DNA of 64,000 nucleotides, from assembly GCA_010405405.1 (NCBI GenBank), contig MU004241.1, positions 186,001 through 250,000 on the forward strand, in the 5' to 3' direction. The notes beneath the pieces are model-generated. The model had not been told where the DNA came from, ran no database searches, and saw only the letters and a list, made by a program, of their open reading frames with translations. The translations under genes and the position numbers were made by a program. How positions within the stretch are numbered: position 1 is the first letter of the stretch; each line of letters starts with the position of its first letter. The stretch is from Microthyrium microscopicum (lineage: Eukaryota). Positions 35,703 to 47,753 of the stretch are shown piece by piece.

Positions 35703-37946
35703 CTATGAGGTTGTATCTTCAACGAATTTGTCGACTGAAGTAAACACAGGAGTTGAAGAGGATTCGATCTTGGTGGTAGTATCCTTGTTGCTGGCCGTAT
35801 CCTCTGTTGTAGTCGTCTTCTCTTTGCTAGGCGTGGTTGGTTGAGCATTTCCTTTCGATAGCAGTCTCGTTTCGCCTTCTGGCGTGGGCGAGATGCGTCC
35901 ATCTTCGGTGATACCTTCAACGACATCTGGTTCGTCATCTGAAGCCTTCTTGGCATTTTTGCGCTTGAGCTTTCTCGGAGACTTCTTTTTATTGTTTGGA
36001 CTAGCAGGAGGCGACAATGGTTCCTTTGCATCATCCCCAGGTTTTGACAAAGTCGTCTGCTCGACTTGCTCAGGCTCGTGCTGGACGACGGTCGAATCGC
36101 CATTTGATTCCATGGAAGTGTCGTCAAGAGCAGCCTCTTTGTTCGCACTAGGGGAACCATTGACGGTCGCGATCTTTGCGCCGGTGCCATTCGAGTTTGT
36201 ATCGATGGTGCTTGTAGCGCTTGAAATTGGATGCGCTGGAGTGGCTTCCTCTGCTGTATTCGATGGAGACTCGACTTCTGTCTTGTCATGCACAGAATCA
36301 TCTAGCTTAGTGTTATCGTTTTCCACATTGACGGCAACCGTCTCGTCCTTCTTCGTAATGGCCGGGGCTTCAGCCATATCCTTCTTCTTGGGAACTTCCT
36401 GGGTACTCATCGTCTCCTTTACCTGCCCTGTCATATCAACAGAGCCCTGTTCGGCATGCTGGCCTTCATTCTGCTTGGTCACCTCCGTGTTCTTGACGGC
36501 CTTGCGCGCACTTCCACCAGTTCCAGCATCCTTTTCTTGAGCCCGCGAATTTGGAGCCTTCTTCCCAAAACTACTACGAAACTCGTCGTTTTCTTTCTTT
36601 TCAGCGCCTCGGACTCGAGACACCAGATTGCCCATCGATTTCGTTTTGACAACCACAGGACTCTTTTGCCGGACGCTCATTCTACTCGCGACTCGGCGAG
36701 TTGGTGCTGGTGGAGTTGTTTGGTTATCATGTATTTTGCTAGCACTGCTTGCAGTTGGGCGCATCATGCGTTGAAGAAAACTACTTTCTGGGGCACGAGT
36801 ACTAGGCTTGCTCTCTGGCTCCGGCGCGGGTGTAGTCTTTTTGCGAGGTGGAGGGCCAAATGTTGCGCTAGGCTTGCGGTTGGCAGGCGAGGTGGTTTGG
36901 ATTGATGGATGGGAGGCACTGCTCAATGTAGAAGTTCTGCGGCTTCGTTGATCGGTGGTAGGGGGAGCAGCCGGTGCGCCGGCCTGAAGTTTCGCAGCTG
37001 AGGATGCAGTGGATGCAACGAGATGGGCTGGGAGGACAATTGGGCGGGTTGGTGATTTGGGTCGTGGTTTTACGAAGCCTGTGGCGGAACGAGTGCCACC
37101 ATTGGAAGTTGTCGAAGTGTTACGCATGGCAGTGCCATGACTGTTAGATGTAGAGCCACTCTTGGTCTTCGAAGCATTGCTTGCTGTTCCTCGCGCAAAG
37201 GATGGCATCGATGCAGCATGTGAAGGAGCTGGCTGAGCTCGTGGTTGTGGTTTTGGTGCAGCTGTCTTTGAAGCAGCAGGCTTGGCTTTGGTAGGCGTTC
37301 TCACTGTAGACGACTTGGGCCCTGTAGCAGTATTTACTCGTGATTTTTGCACATTGATGGCGGCGGGTTTCGACGTTGTGCTTTTGGGTTTTGGCTCGCT
37401 TGTCGTAAGCTTAGTACTCGGGGCGGCAGCTTGCTTCGGTGGGCTAGCAGTCAATGATACATTTGGCGCATCGTCATTGACAGCCTTATCAGGTGTGATA
37501 GTTGAATTGGACTCGCCCTTGGGCTTTTTGAGAGTTGATGCAAGATTGTGTAGAAGTACTGCCGCTGGCTGGATAGGAGCATCATTTGCCGTGATTCCTT
37601 TGGATGGTGTACCATTGACGACTCCATTGTCGCCTCCGGTGTCCTTCATACTTGAGCCATTGACAACAGAGGTTTTGTCTGACTCTTCAGGGATGGAAGA
37701 ATCTTCATTGCTCTCCCCGCTAACATTTCGCGACGTCATTTTTCGAATGAGCTTCGGGCTGGGTTCAACTGGAACGAAGGCAGTGCGTACACGAGAGATA
37801 GGGCGAGGCGATTCGGATCGTCCAGGAGTACCAGGTGTACGACCACGTTGATCGGGGTCGGTGGAGGGCGACGAAGAATTCGCGCTTTCAAACATGGCAC
37901 GTAAGTTCTTGACGCCACTAGAGGAGCTTGCGCGCTCGGTCGCCAT
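35703..37946 (-). CDS. Largely disordered S/T/P/K-rich protein (~747 aa)
   Basis: Long open ORF from ATG 37946 (MATERASSSSGVKNLRAMFE); basic middle with repeated T-A-S-x-A-x-K motifs, acidic C-terminal third. Confidence 0.75.
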   Translation of the reverse strand: MATERASSSSGVKNLRAMFESANSSSPSTDPDQRGRTPGTPGRSESPRPISRVRTAFVPVEPSPKLIRKMTSRNVSGESNEDSSIPEESDKTSVVNGSSMKDTGGDNGVVNGTPSKGITANDAPIQPAAVLLHNLASTLKKPKGESNSTITPDKAVNDDAPNVSLTASPPKQAAAPSTKLTTSEPKPKSTTSKPAAINVQKSRVNTATGPKSSTVRTPTKAKPAASKTAAPKPQPRAQPAPSHAASMPSFARGTASNASKTKSGSTSNSHGTAMRNTSTTSNGGTRSATGFVKPRPKSPTRPIVLPAHLVASTASSAAKLQAGAPAAPPTTDQRSRRTSTLSSASHPSIQTTSPANRKPSATFGPPPRKKTTPAPEPESKPSTRAPESSFLQRMMRPTASSASKIHDNQTTPPAPTRRVASRMSVRQKSPVVVKTKSMGNLVSRVRGAEKKENDEFRSSFGKKAPNSRAQEKDAGTGGSARKAVKNTEVTKQNEGQHAEQGSVDMTGQVKETMSTQEVPKKKDMAEAPAITKKDETVAVNVENDNTKLDDSVHDKTEVESPSNTAEEATPAHPISSATSTIDTNSNGTGAKIATVNGSPSANKEAALDDTSMESNGDSTVVQHEPEQVEQTTLSKPGDDAKEPLSPPASPNNKKKSPRKLKRKNAKKASDDEPDVVEGITEDGRISPTPEGETRLLSKGNAQPTTPSKEKTTTTEDTASNKDTTTKIESSSTPVFTSVDKFVEDTTS

Positions 37947-38942
37947 GGCTATGACTTGGGCGGGGAGTCGAAAAGAAGACGGTGATGGCAGGAAGAAACA
38001 GACAGACAACAATCAATGAAAAAGAAGGGCCAAACGCGGTGCAAAGGAGTTGCGAGTGTAGTGTTTAGTTATGGTGGGAGAAGTTGAGAGTTGAGAAGTG
38101 TAAGGTGTATCACCAGAAAATTAATGAGGCTGTCTCGTCCAATTAATCCTTGCCATCTATGCCCCAGAAAATACCCCTGACTCCCGCCCTTTTGGTCCTT
38201 GATTCTCTCCCAAATATGACATCTCCCACCATACCAATAATAACATTCTAAACTGAGGTATGTCATCCCAGAAACTCGCCTATGAACTTCTCGACCTATC
38301 TACGCTCATTCTGGCGGTCAACACGATCCGTCATAATGCTAATGCAGCCCATCTAGATCCATATGCACTCTCTGCATTGGCTGTTCGCCAGTGGCGTTCT
38401 CCTGCAGTAACGCGCTCTCACGTGTAGTCGTGTATGAAAAAGTACATGTAAATACACTGCTTCTTTTAGCCACGGACTGACATGCCGTGGCCCGATGCGT
38501 TTGTAGTAGCCGATGGCTACCTCGAGGCTCAGATCGAGTATCGTGCATCAATCATCCGTTGTGACACGATGTCTGTCATGTCAAGTTACACCATTTCCAT
38601 GAATCATTTTCTTATGTATTGATCTAATACTAGGGGCGCCTTCACTCCTTGTCTGTATATGACGCTGACAGGCACGGCAGGACAGCCAGTATGTAAACCT
38701 ACTAGTACTCACTGCCATGTATCGATGGCAAGCAACATCAAGCATGATAAATTTTGCCAGGTAAGTATATCTCATGTTTACCTATTCCCAAGGTAGTTGC
38801 ATTAATTTGCCATTGTGGAGTTGTGGATGACACTAGACAGAAATTGAAATGAACCGAATTTTGAGCATTCCCAGAGATATGCTATGCTAGTCACTAGAAA
38901 AGCCAAGTATTCATACACATTAGAAGTATCGAATGGAAGCAA

Positions 38943-40695
38943 TTACACCTGCAGCGCTGCCAGAGTGCCTGCCAGTGTAGTATCAGTATTCTTCAGCCTC
39001 TTCTTCAACTCCTCCACCAAATCCTCCCGCTTCACGAGGATACCTTCTTTCTCAGCATGACCCTCTGGCAACCCCATCTCCTTGATCTTCACTTCGCCTC
39101 TCGCCAACTCATCCTCGCCCAGGATAACCGCAAATGGCACGCCGCCATTCTCCGCTGCCTTGAACTGTTGCGGCAGCTTTGGCTTGACCTTCCACGAGAA
39201 TTCGGCTCGTAGACCTGCATCCCAGAGCTGCTTGGCAATCTGCATACGTTCCGTCAAACATCCTTTACCGCCCAATGCCATGATATAAACATCTGTCTCT
39301 GTGGCGCGCACAATGTCCGTTGAAGTCTTTGCGTCCTCAATCCGACGCTTGATGATGCTAAAAATGCGATCCACACCAAACGAGATGCCGACACACGGGA
39401 TCTGGCCCTTCTTGCTAAACATGCCGACCAAGCCGTCATATCTTCCACCCGCTGCTATACTGCCGATGCCCACCGATGGATCCGAGCTCCGGTCCTCGTC
39501 TGCATCCACCACCTTCTTAGCTCTACTGACGTTCTTGCCATTCGTCTTAGTGGGTGCCGAGCCTTCAGAGATGACTTCGTAGATTACGCCAGTGTAGTAG
39601 TCAAGGCCACGTGCAAGACTCATGTCGAGGGCAATAAAGTCGAGGCAGCCCCAAATGTCGAGGTAAGAGAGAAGTGTTGTGAGTTCGTCGATGCCAGCTT
39701 TAGCCACAGGGTTGGCCATGAGGTCCGCGTTACTTTGTAAGGTAGCGAGGACTTTTTTGGAGCGCTCAGCGCAAGGGGCGCCGATTTTGAGCTCATCTTC
39801 GTTTTTGACGAATTCACCAATTTTGTCTGCTACCGTGGGCTCGAGACCTTTTTCTTCGATCATTTCTTTGCGGACTTCTTCCCATGGTGACTAGAGCGCA
39901 AGTTAGCATGGATTCCGAAAGAGTTGGAGTTCAACGTACCTTGTCTAACTTGTCGACGGCACTACTTATGGCACGGATTTTGTCCTCCGGTACGCCGCAG
40001 ACTTGGAACATGCCGTCTAGCACCTTTCGGTGGTTGAGTTTGACTGTATACTTGCCATTGAAGCCCAAATTGGCAAAGACTTCAGTAATAATCTTGAGAA
40101 TCTCCGCATCCGGCAGAAGAGGATCATATACACCAGCGATATCGAAATCGCACTGCATGAACTCTCTCATCCGACCCTTCAATATCGCCGGATTATCTCT
40201 CCGCCAGACCTTCGCAATGTGGTATCTTTTTATGCTCTGCGTCTGAGGGTTCATCGCTAGCCAGCGAGCAAACGGCACGGTCAAATCGTATCGTAGCGAG
40301 CATATTTCTCCACCCTGATCAGCCAAGTCGTATATAAGTTTTGAGTCCTCGCCATATTTTCCCGTCAGAATTTCCTTGAGCTCAAAGACTGGTGTATCGA
40401 TTGTGACCCCGCCGTGCTTCTTGAAGACTTCTGTGATTGTCGCAAACACCTTCTCTCGCAGTACTACGTCTGTTCCTTGCCAATCGCGTGTGCCTTTGGG
40501 GACTTTGAGCGCGACACCCTTTTCTCCCTTGTCTTTTGCCATATCGTTGGTGTTGCCTGTGCTGATTGTTTGCTTCCAGGTGAGCTGGGTTGTGGTAGAT
40601 GAGGGGGTCAAGCGGGCGAATTTGAATGCTGCGATAACGGGGCGGCGCGAATTGGTGGTGAAAAGTCTGGCAGACGCCAGAAAGGCAGATTTCAT
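38943..40695 (-). CDS. HTS1: Histidyl-tRNA synthetase (mitochondrial and cytosolic forms)
   Basis: [51 protein letters not shown]; intron 39891-39939; second in-frame ATG at 40542. Confidence 0.97.
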
Positions 40696-41061
40696 GCAAG
40701 GTGATTATAGCGAGGTTATGAGTCAATTGGTTGTCAGGTTGAAAATGTGCATAAAATTATATTGGGCCGCATCGGAGAGCTTCCTTAACCCTAGCCCTGT
40801 AACGGATCACTCTACTTTCGTTCTTTCCAATTATAGAACTGAGGTCAACAAACCATGCTCACATCAATAACACCGCAATAGTCTCCTCTTCATGCTACCT
40901 TACTGTAGTTCCTGCCGGACTGGCTACTTTGACTACAGTCATAGCTGTCAATATCGTCAGGCATTAAGGTTGGCCATGATCTCTTGACGCGAACTCGATG
41001 GAGGCGGACCTTACGCGTTGACGTTTCTCAAGCAAGAGTACGATCTAGTTCACAAGATATT

Positions 41062-42907
41062 CTACAGCCTTGCCTTGCCATCCGCCATTGCTGCCTCTTC
41101 CTTCTTGACCAGAGCTCGCAGGTCTTTTCGCAGAATCTTGCCTGATGGCGACTTTGGGATAGCATCAAGATAGACGACGCCACCGCGGAGCTGTTTGTGT
41201 GAAGACATTTTGTCCTTCACAAACTGTTTCACTCTATCAGGCGTCATCCTGTTCTTGTCAGCAACGACATAGGCGCGCGGCGCTTCGGTACCCTCCCATT
41301 CAACACCAATGACAGCAGCATCTGCAATCTCGGGGTGTGACAGCAATAGTCCTTCGAGCTCTGCAGGAGCCACCTGCATTCCCTTGTACTTAATGAGTTC
41401 TTTCTTTCTGTCCACGATGAAGAGCAATCCGTCTTTGAAGCATCCAACATCGCCTGTCTTGAACCAGCCATCGCGATCGAATGTTTCGGCCGTCGCTCCA
41501 GGATTCTTATGGTATGAGTTGAAGATTACTGGACCCTTGAGATAGATCTCGCCTTCCTCCCCTGGCCCAACATCTTGTCCCTGTTCGTCGACAATTCTAC
41601 GCGCAATCAGAACTTCTCGTGTATGGAATTGACCATTGCTCACCTAGCAGACATATTGGGAAGCAATCGACTGACGCTTCCCAGCTCATCTTTCTCATCC
41701 ACATTCAGCAACGTGGTGCTACCAGTGCTTTCACTCAAACCCCAGGTTTGCATGATGAACACCTTGCCCTTGCCGAACTTCTTTGAGGCAGCTTCCTGTA
41801 GCTCTTTCTTCATGGGCGCTGCTCCAGAATACGCAACCCGCAAATGGTCAAATTGATCGGTAACTTCTGGCGTCTTCGCTATGAGCAGATAGATTGGAGG
41901 CACGGTGAAGAATATTGATATCTTATACCGTCGATTATACTCGAGGAATTTGAGAAAGTCGAATTTTGGCATCCAATAAGTTGTTCCACCCATGAACACT
42001 GGATTAACAAAATAGCCTTGCATGCCTGCAATATGCGCCACAGGTAAATGCGCGAGCGTCGTGTATTTGAAGTTGGGCTCTTTGGCGAAGATCTGTTCCC
42101 GTTGCATCTGACATGAGATGAATACTTCTGCGACCATGTTCATATGAGAAAGAGTTACACCTAAGGCACTTGTCAGCACAAGGACAAGTCTATTAGCATT
42201 GGCTAAGGACCTTTTGGCAGTCCAGTGGTACCAGAGGAGTATATCAGACAGCTCGGCGTCGACTCCAGCTCTTTCTGGGAAGTGATTCTTTTCCAGTCTA
42301 GCATCTCCGATGTCAAAACATCCTTTCCGGTTGCACTCTCCCTCAATGCAACATTTGGAGCATCGATTAGCAGTAGTCGGTCTGCCGGGATGCCACACTC
42401 TTTCGCCGCAGCTATCACCACATCCTTCGTATCTTCATTATAAATTACAACATCGCTGGGAGCACCCTTGATCAGACGAACAAGCTCATCCACAGTTGAG
42501 CTTGAACTAACAGAGGAAAAGATTCCACCTGCTGCCAATACACCATAGAACATGGTTGGCATGACATAGCTTCCACTGGCGATACATGTCACGTAACTTG
42601 GCTCTGTGCCTGCACCGACGCCATATCTGTGACGCAGGGAATGCGCGACTCTCTTCGTCAGATCTCGAGTTTCTGCCTTGGTCAACTTCAAGTTGGGATT
42701 TTCTGCATCGACGTGTAGAGGTTGTTGTTCTATTGCTGTTGAGTGCTTCGATTCTAGAAGATCTTAGCATCTTTACTTTGCCTTCAAAGCGATTGTGGAC
42801 CAACCAAAGAGCAGTGTCAAGATGTCGAGTTTCGGTATGTCATAGGTAGTGTTACATCGGTATATGATCGAAGAGCCATCCCTTATGGTTTCAGTCTGGA
42901 TGGACAT
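41062..42907 (-). CDS. 4-coumarate/phenylacetate-CoA-ligase-like AMP-binding enzyme, peroxisomal
   Basis: YSSGTTGLPKG, QTWGLSE, GWFKTGD, DRKKELIKYKG, PKSPSGKILR; three introns; C-terminal PTS1-type ARL. Confidence 0.92.
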
Positions 42908-43424
42908 TGTCAAATATGACCGGTCGTATCGGATATTGACTTGCGTATATTCGTTGAGGTAAGTGAGAGAAAGCAATATGAGCTTGTTCAACGAAAGTAC
43001 AAGAAATTTCACATTGCTACGACGCTCTCTTGCGCTGTCAGTACCGTTGACCTGACCCTCTTTTGATATCCTCGGCGAGGATGATCGTGTGGGGTAGCTA
43101 CAAAGAACTAATACTCTACGAAAACGCCACCAGTTCACTACTAGCCTCCTTTGCAAGTATTCCCCGCACTTTTCCGGGAATACTTACAATAATAGGGAAA
43201 GCTTAAACGCTTAAACGCTTAAGGCCTTAAAGACAGTCGGAGACTTAGAATGATTGTGGGGTGCTTAGAGATTGTTGGCATGGATCCACATGCCAGGTCT
43301 CTAGAGGATTTAGCACATTTTCATGGCAGCTTTCTTCAGCCTTGTCAGGGATAGCTGGAAACTTGGGTGATTATCGAAGGCTATTGATGGCTAAAAGATA
43401 CAGCTGGATTCTCATTCTACAGGT

Positions 43425-45009
43425 TTATCGACCGAGTCCAAGCATGCCCAGCAGTCCACCACTTTTAGCTTTGGCAGCGGCAGCATCCGCAGCAGGATCA
43501 GGTTTGAGAGCCATACTGAAAGCAATAAGGCCCATCTCTTCGGCTTCACCACCTCCAGAAGTACGTCTGTGTTTCGTCAGTTTCTGTTTAGGGCCTTTGT
43601 GTACACATCAGGGGTAACTTACGCTGGATGAGCGTCAAGATCATAGTTTGCCGCCAGAGAAAGGACATCACCTTTCTTTACTGGAATCAACTCGTCACAA
43701 GTGCTCATCTTGTTCAAGGCTGCCCAGGTTCCTTTGGCGTCAGACTTGTCCATGTATGAGGCTTTGGACTCGCAGACCGTCTTGTTGTTGATCATAACAG
43801 GTATACTGACCCCTCCATCGTGTAGATGACCGCGAATACCAAACATGTAGCCGTCTCTTTGGAAAGTCATTCCCTTGCTGGCAACAGAAAACTTCTTCTG
43901 GCCTTTCTCAGGCCGGATACCGATGCTCCCATCACAATTGGTAACACTCAAGTTTTCTGAAGTCACTTCCAATTTGCCTTTACCTGGAAGGTACTCGAAG
44001 TCTACTTTTGCGTAAACCAACTTCTTCTCGTTGGTATAGTTGACGAGTTCCGCTGTGAGGTACATGATATCTCCCTTTGCAACATAGTAGCCGCCGTCGA
44101 AGGTTGGGTCATCTTGAGCATAGAGGTATTTGCCACCATCCTCACCAACTGCTAAGAAGACAGATATTGGGAGGGTGAACTTTGCTTTCTGATTCGGGCA
44201 AGAGACCAGCGCAACTGGTCGCTTAGCAGTATCCGCGAAGACTACGTGGTGATTATAGACTCCAGTGTTGACGTCTGCTGGGGATCCATCTTCGTAGACT
44301 AGACTGACACTGCCTTTTAGTACAGTCATATCACCAGGGAAATTTTCGGCTTGAGTGGCGAATGTCGTGCCTGCAGGGTCCATGCCTTGGAGATTTGAGT
44401 TTGGTGTCTTCTTCCTGTCCTATAGTCATATTGTTTAGTAAGATGTCAATGCCATTGGGAACAGTAGTCATACCGCGGCAGTTACGACGTCGAATGGTCC
44501 ATACCAAAGTTGCATCCTCTTCACTCCCGGTCTCTTCATTGTAGCTTCTGCTGCCATCGTTTTCGCTAGCCTCGTCTTCTCCATGTATCCTATGGACATT
44601 TGAAGGAGTGCTGGGGTTGCTTCTGACTGTAACATGTAATCGATAAGTCCTGGGGGAGAATCAGATGGGTTCTCAAAGAGCAGCATGCTTCAGATCAGTA
44701 TGCGCGCAGTACATAAACTGTTGTGCTATGATTCTTGCCCATATCAGAGATAAAACACTGACTTACCTCCAGACATTCCGCTGGTCATGCCACCCATTCC
44801 TCCCATACCACCCATTTCGCCTCCACCTGGGCTTTTAGCATCCTGTGGTTGACCTCCATGGCCTCCATGTTGAGGCTCTCGTCGATCTAGTTTCTGTCAG
44901 TACCAAGTTCAAAACACTTGGAGGAGAAAGGCCACTGACGCAACGTCGGCGAAGCAAAAGCACTCTGAACACCAATAGCCACCGCTGCTAAAAGAATATT
45001 TCGACGCAT
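43425..45009 (-). CDS. Secreted protein with PHM/DBH-type copper monooxygenase-like motifs
   Basis: Signal peptide MRRNILLAAVAIGVQSAFASP, RR site, QHGGHGG and MGGMGGMGGM segment, YNHHVVF, LVNY, GHLHDGG, VKKGDVLSL, and last exon (after intron 43567-43622) RTSGGGEAEEMGLIAF; stop 43425-43427. One internal splice junction near 44690-44765 is uncertain. Confidence 0.75.
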
Positions 45010-47753
45010 GTTGTCGACGACTCTTAAATATTCAAGGTAAAACTGAAAGGCATTGATTCAATGTTTAGTACACAGGAAGCTATATGTATTCTCAGAAACC
45101 AAACATTCCATCTTAGCATTTTACGCCACACCACGAATGGTTCCACGGCCCCAAAAGGCAATGAGAAAATCCATGGGATGAAAAGCTTGTATAGATTGTT
45201 TACCAAATCTTCGAACGAGGTAGAGCAAAGTAATACAATTCTACTGGCCAGGTCAAGGTCGTAGCTGTTTATGAAAGCCTCAAATCGCAAGTAATGGCGA
45301 GTTCATTGTAGCTATAGCACCTTATGATCTGAGCCAAAGCATAACAGGGTAACTTAGAGTAATACGACAACCTACGACTGTGGCTGTTGAAAGGGCTGAC
45401 CGGCCAATAAGCATAAATTCTACAACTAGTAGGCTAGGTAGTTGTTCTGTAGTAGCACGAATAGGTGACCCATCCTCACGCCGTCCAGACTTTGACTTGT
45501 TCAGCCTCCTCGTCAATAAGGGTTATATGTGCCAAGTTGTTGAAAGACAGCCGCATCGACAAAGGCCTCAATACGTGTCTAAACAATTGCACATAGCTTC
45601 AGTGTGTAGGTAGACTGACAGGATCACTGGTATGTGTGATGTCCTTGACACTTCGGAGGACTAGTAGAAGCAAAGTTGGAATTATTTGCATTCACCGTGT
45701 GAAAAAGTTGGACATGGGCAGGTCAGTCGATGCCTTCAACGAATATTTTGTTGACAACATGATCACCGATATGGTAGCAAGGGTAGTCATTATTGTCGGA
45801 TCAGATTTCCGAATCAACTATAGTCAAGGATCTTGAATCATAAGAGGGCACTGGCGGTTTCGAGTTCTCGAATAGTTAATATAAATCTTGCTAGTGTACT
45901 TTTCACACATCCACGCAGTCACAGAGACTGAGCGTCAACTACTAGGGTATCGCAACTTCAAATTCAGAGTCTCCCCTTGCGAGCTGTCCGGGTCTTTCTA
46001 AAGACCACTTACTGTCATTGTTTTCTTGGGTTTGCATTGTAGAAAGTTCCATGACTTGCGCGCAGAGTAATTACCTTGGTCTCTTTATAGACTACGGCAA
46101 CTTATATGAATCTTTTGACACTAAGCAATGCAAGTTTAATGCTGCAGCAGCTTATAAACTGGAATGAGCCCATCATTACTAGACTTTGACCCAAGACTGC
46201 TGAGCATGAGAAGATCATCTCCTGGTTTAAGATCATTTCGAGGAATTCTTCCTTCCGAAGACTTTGGCGGCCGTATGCCGGCTGGGCGGCCGATTGATCT
46301 ACCCGAGAGGGTCCCTAGATGATCTTAGCGGGATACCGTACGTTAGCAAGATGGGAAACGCCATCGTCTGTCAAATGTGATGTCCCATGAAGATGATGCA
46401 ATCGCGAAAGCGAGCTCTGGTAGAAGTGCCAAAAAGTTCAGATGCACCGTGTTTAATTTGCAAATCCAACCTCTGTGTGTAAGGCGAGGCTCTAGATAGT
46501 TGTTATTTTGGTCTTCCGGGACGAGGATTCCTTTGGTCTCATAGGAATTTAAACAAAAGACAATTTGTCTTCTCGCGCGGTCAGTGAAGAGTTCATCGAT
46601 TACTCAATATTTAAGCAACGTGGATCAGTAACCGTATCAATCCAGTATAAGTGAAAATAGATTACTGTACTAAAGGGGGAAGTCAAAGCATCTCTGTTGA
46701 GCCAAATACCGAAGGAAATTGTATTTCATGTAGATATTTAGCCCAAGATCTTGTCAATATTGACATCAGGCTTCCGAAATTAAGCTACTCCTGGTCTTAT
46801 CGTGATCGACTTCACTGACTATTGTACAAAGAGATTATTGACACCATCTGATGTCACCAAGTTCTCGAACATGTGATAATATGACCGCATTTGAAAATGT
46901 TCACTGATTGTTGAAGCGTTGATCTTGATGTCAGTTTGCTTCTTCAAGGGCTTGCGCTAAAGTCTCGCAAGGATAAAGAACATCTTCCAAAAAAAAATGA
47001 CATCCATTTCCATCTGCCTTATCACAGAGTTGGCTGTTTAATGTCAGCGTATTCAGTTTCTCTGCTTCGCCATTGGCCTCACAGAAGCCATTTCCTACAT
47101 CTGGTAACAAATATACCTGTCATGACCAATAAGACGGTTAAGACCCTTACTTAGCTTCAGCACAAATTCGATGTATAGGGCCAATAGTAATAGCAGTACA
47201 GTATAGTAACGACCATGGGCCCTGCATGCGTGTATGAAACAACTACTTGACTAATCTGCACATCTCAAGTAGAAGTGAAGTAGGAAATCTCCCTTCAGTA
47301 ACTTGAGAAATACCAATTGCAGAATACCATCCAATAGCAGTGATTTAGTGGACATGAAGTACTTTCTGTTCGTCGTCTCGGCAATGCAAAGTAGCAGAAG
47401 GATGCATGGGCTAGATTGATATCTGGCATTTCCCTCTCTCAGTATCTTGATGGACGTCAGGATTTGGTGCTAGAGAAACCACATGAATAGGGTTGCTACA
47501 AAAAGTTATACCCATGAACCAGGTCAAGCCGAAGAGAGCACGAGGAGCTGGATATATTAAAAACATCGTGGCCCAGCGATCGACATGACATGACATCGGC
47601 ACAGATAATTATGCGAGATATCCAGGACCTTGAAGGTATAAGAAGTCTGGCACAGCCTCGTCGTTGTTTATTCATCGATATTTACTTTCATACTTCACAA
47701 ACTGAGTCTTTTGTAATACCGTGTATTCTATCCTTTCAGATATCAACATCAAT

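Noticed and set aside
40780..40800. Telomere-like TAACCCTAGCCCT
   Set aside because: Only about two imperfect units in a promoter region.
43199..43232. GCTTAAAC short tandem repeat
   Set aside because: Under three units with no supporting context.
45020..47700. Short ORFs and a CGG-rich patch near 46265-46292 as Zn2Cys6 sites
   Set aside because: ORFs lack coding signal, and CGG triplets alone do not support a binding-site call.
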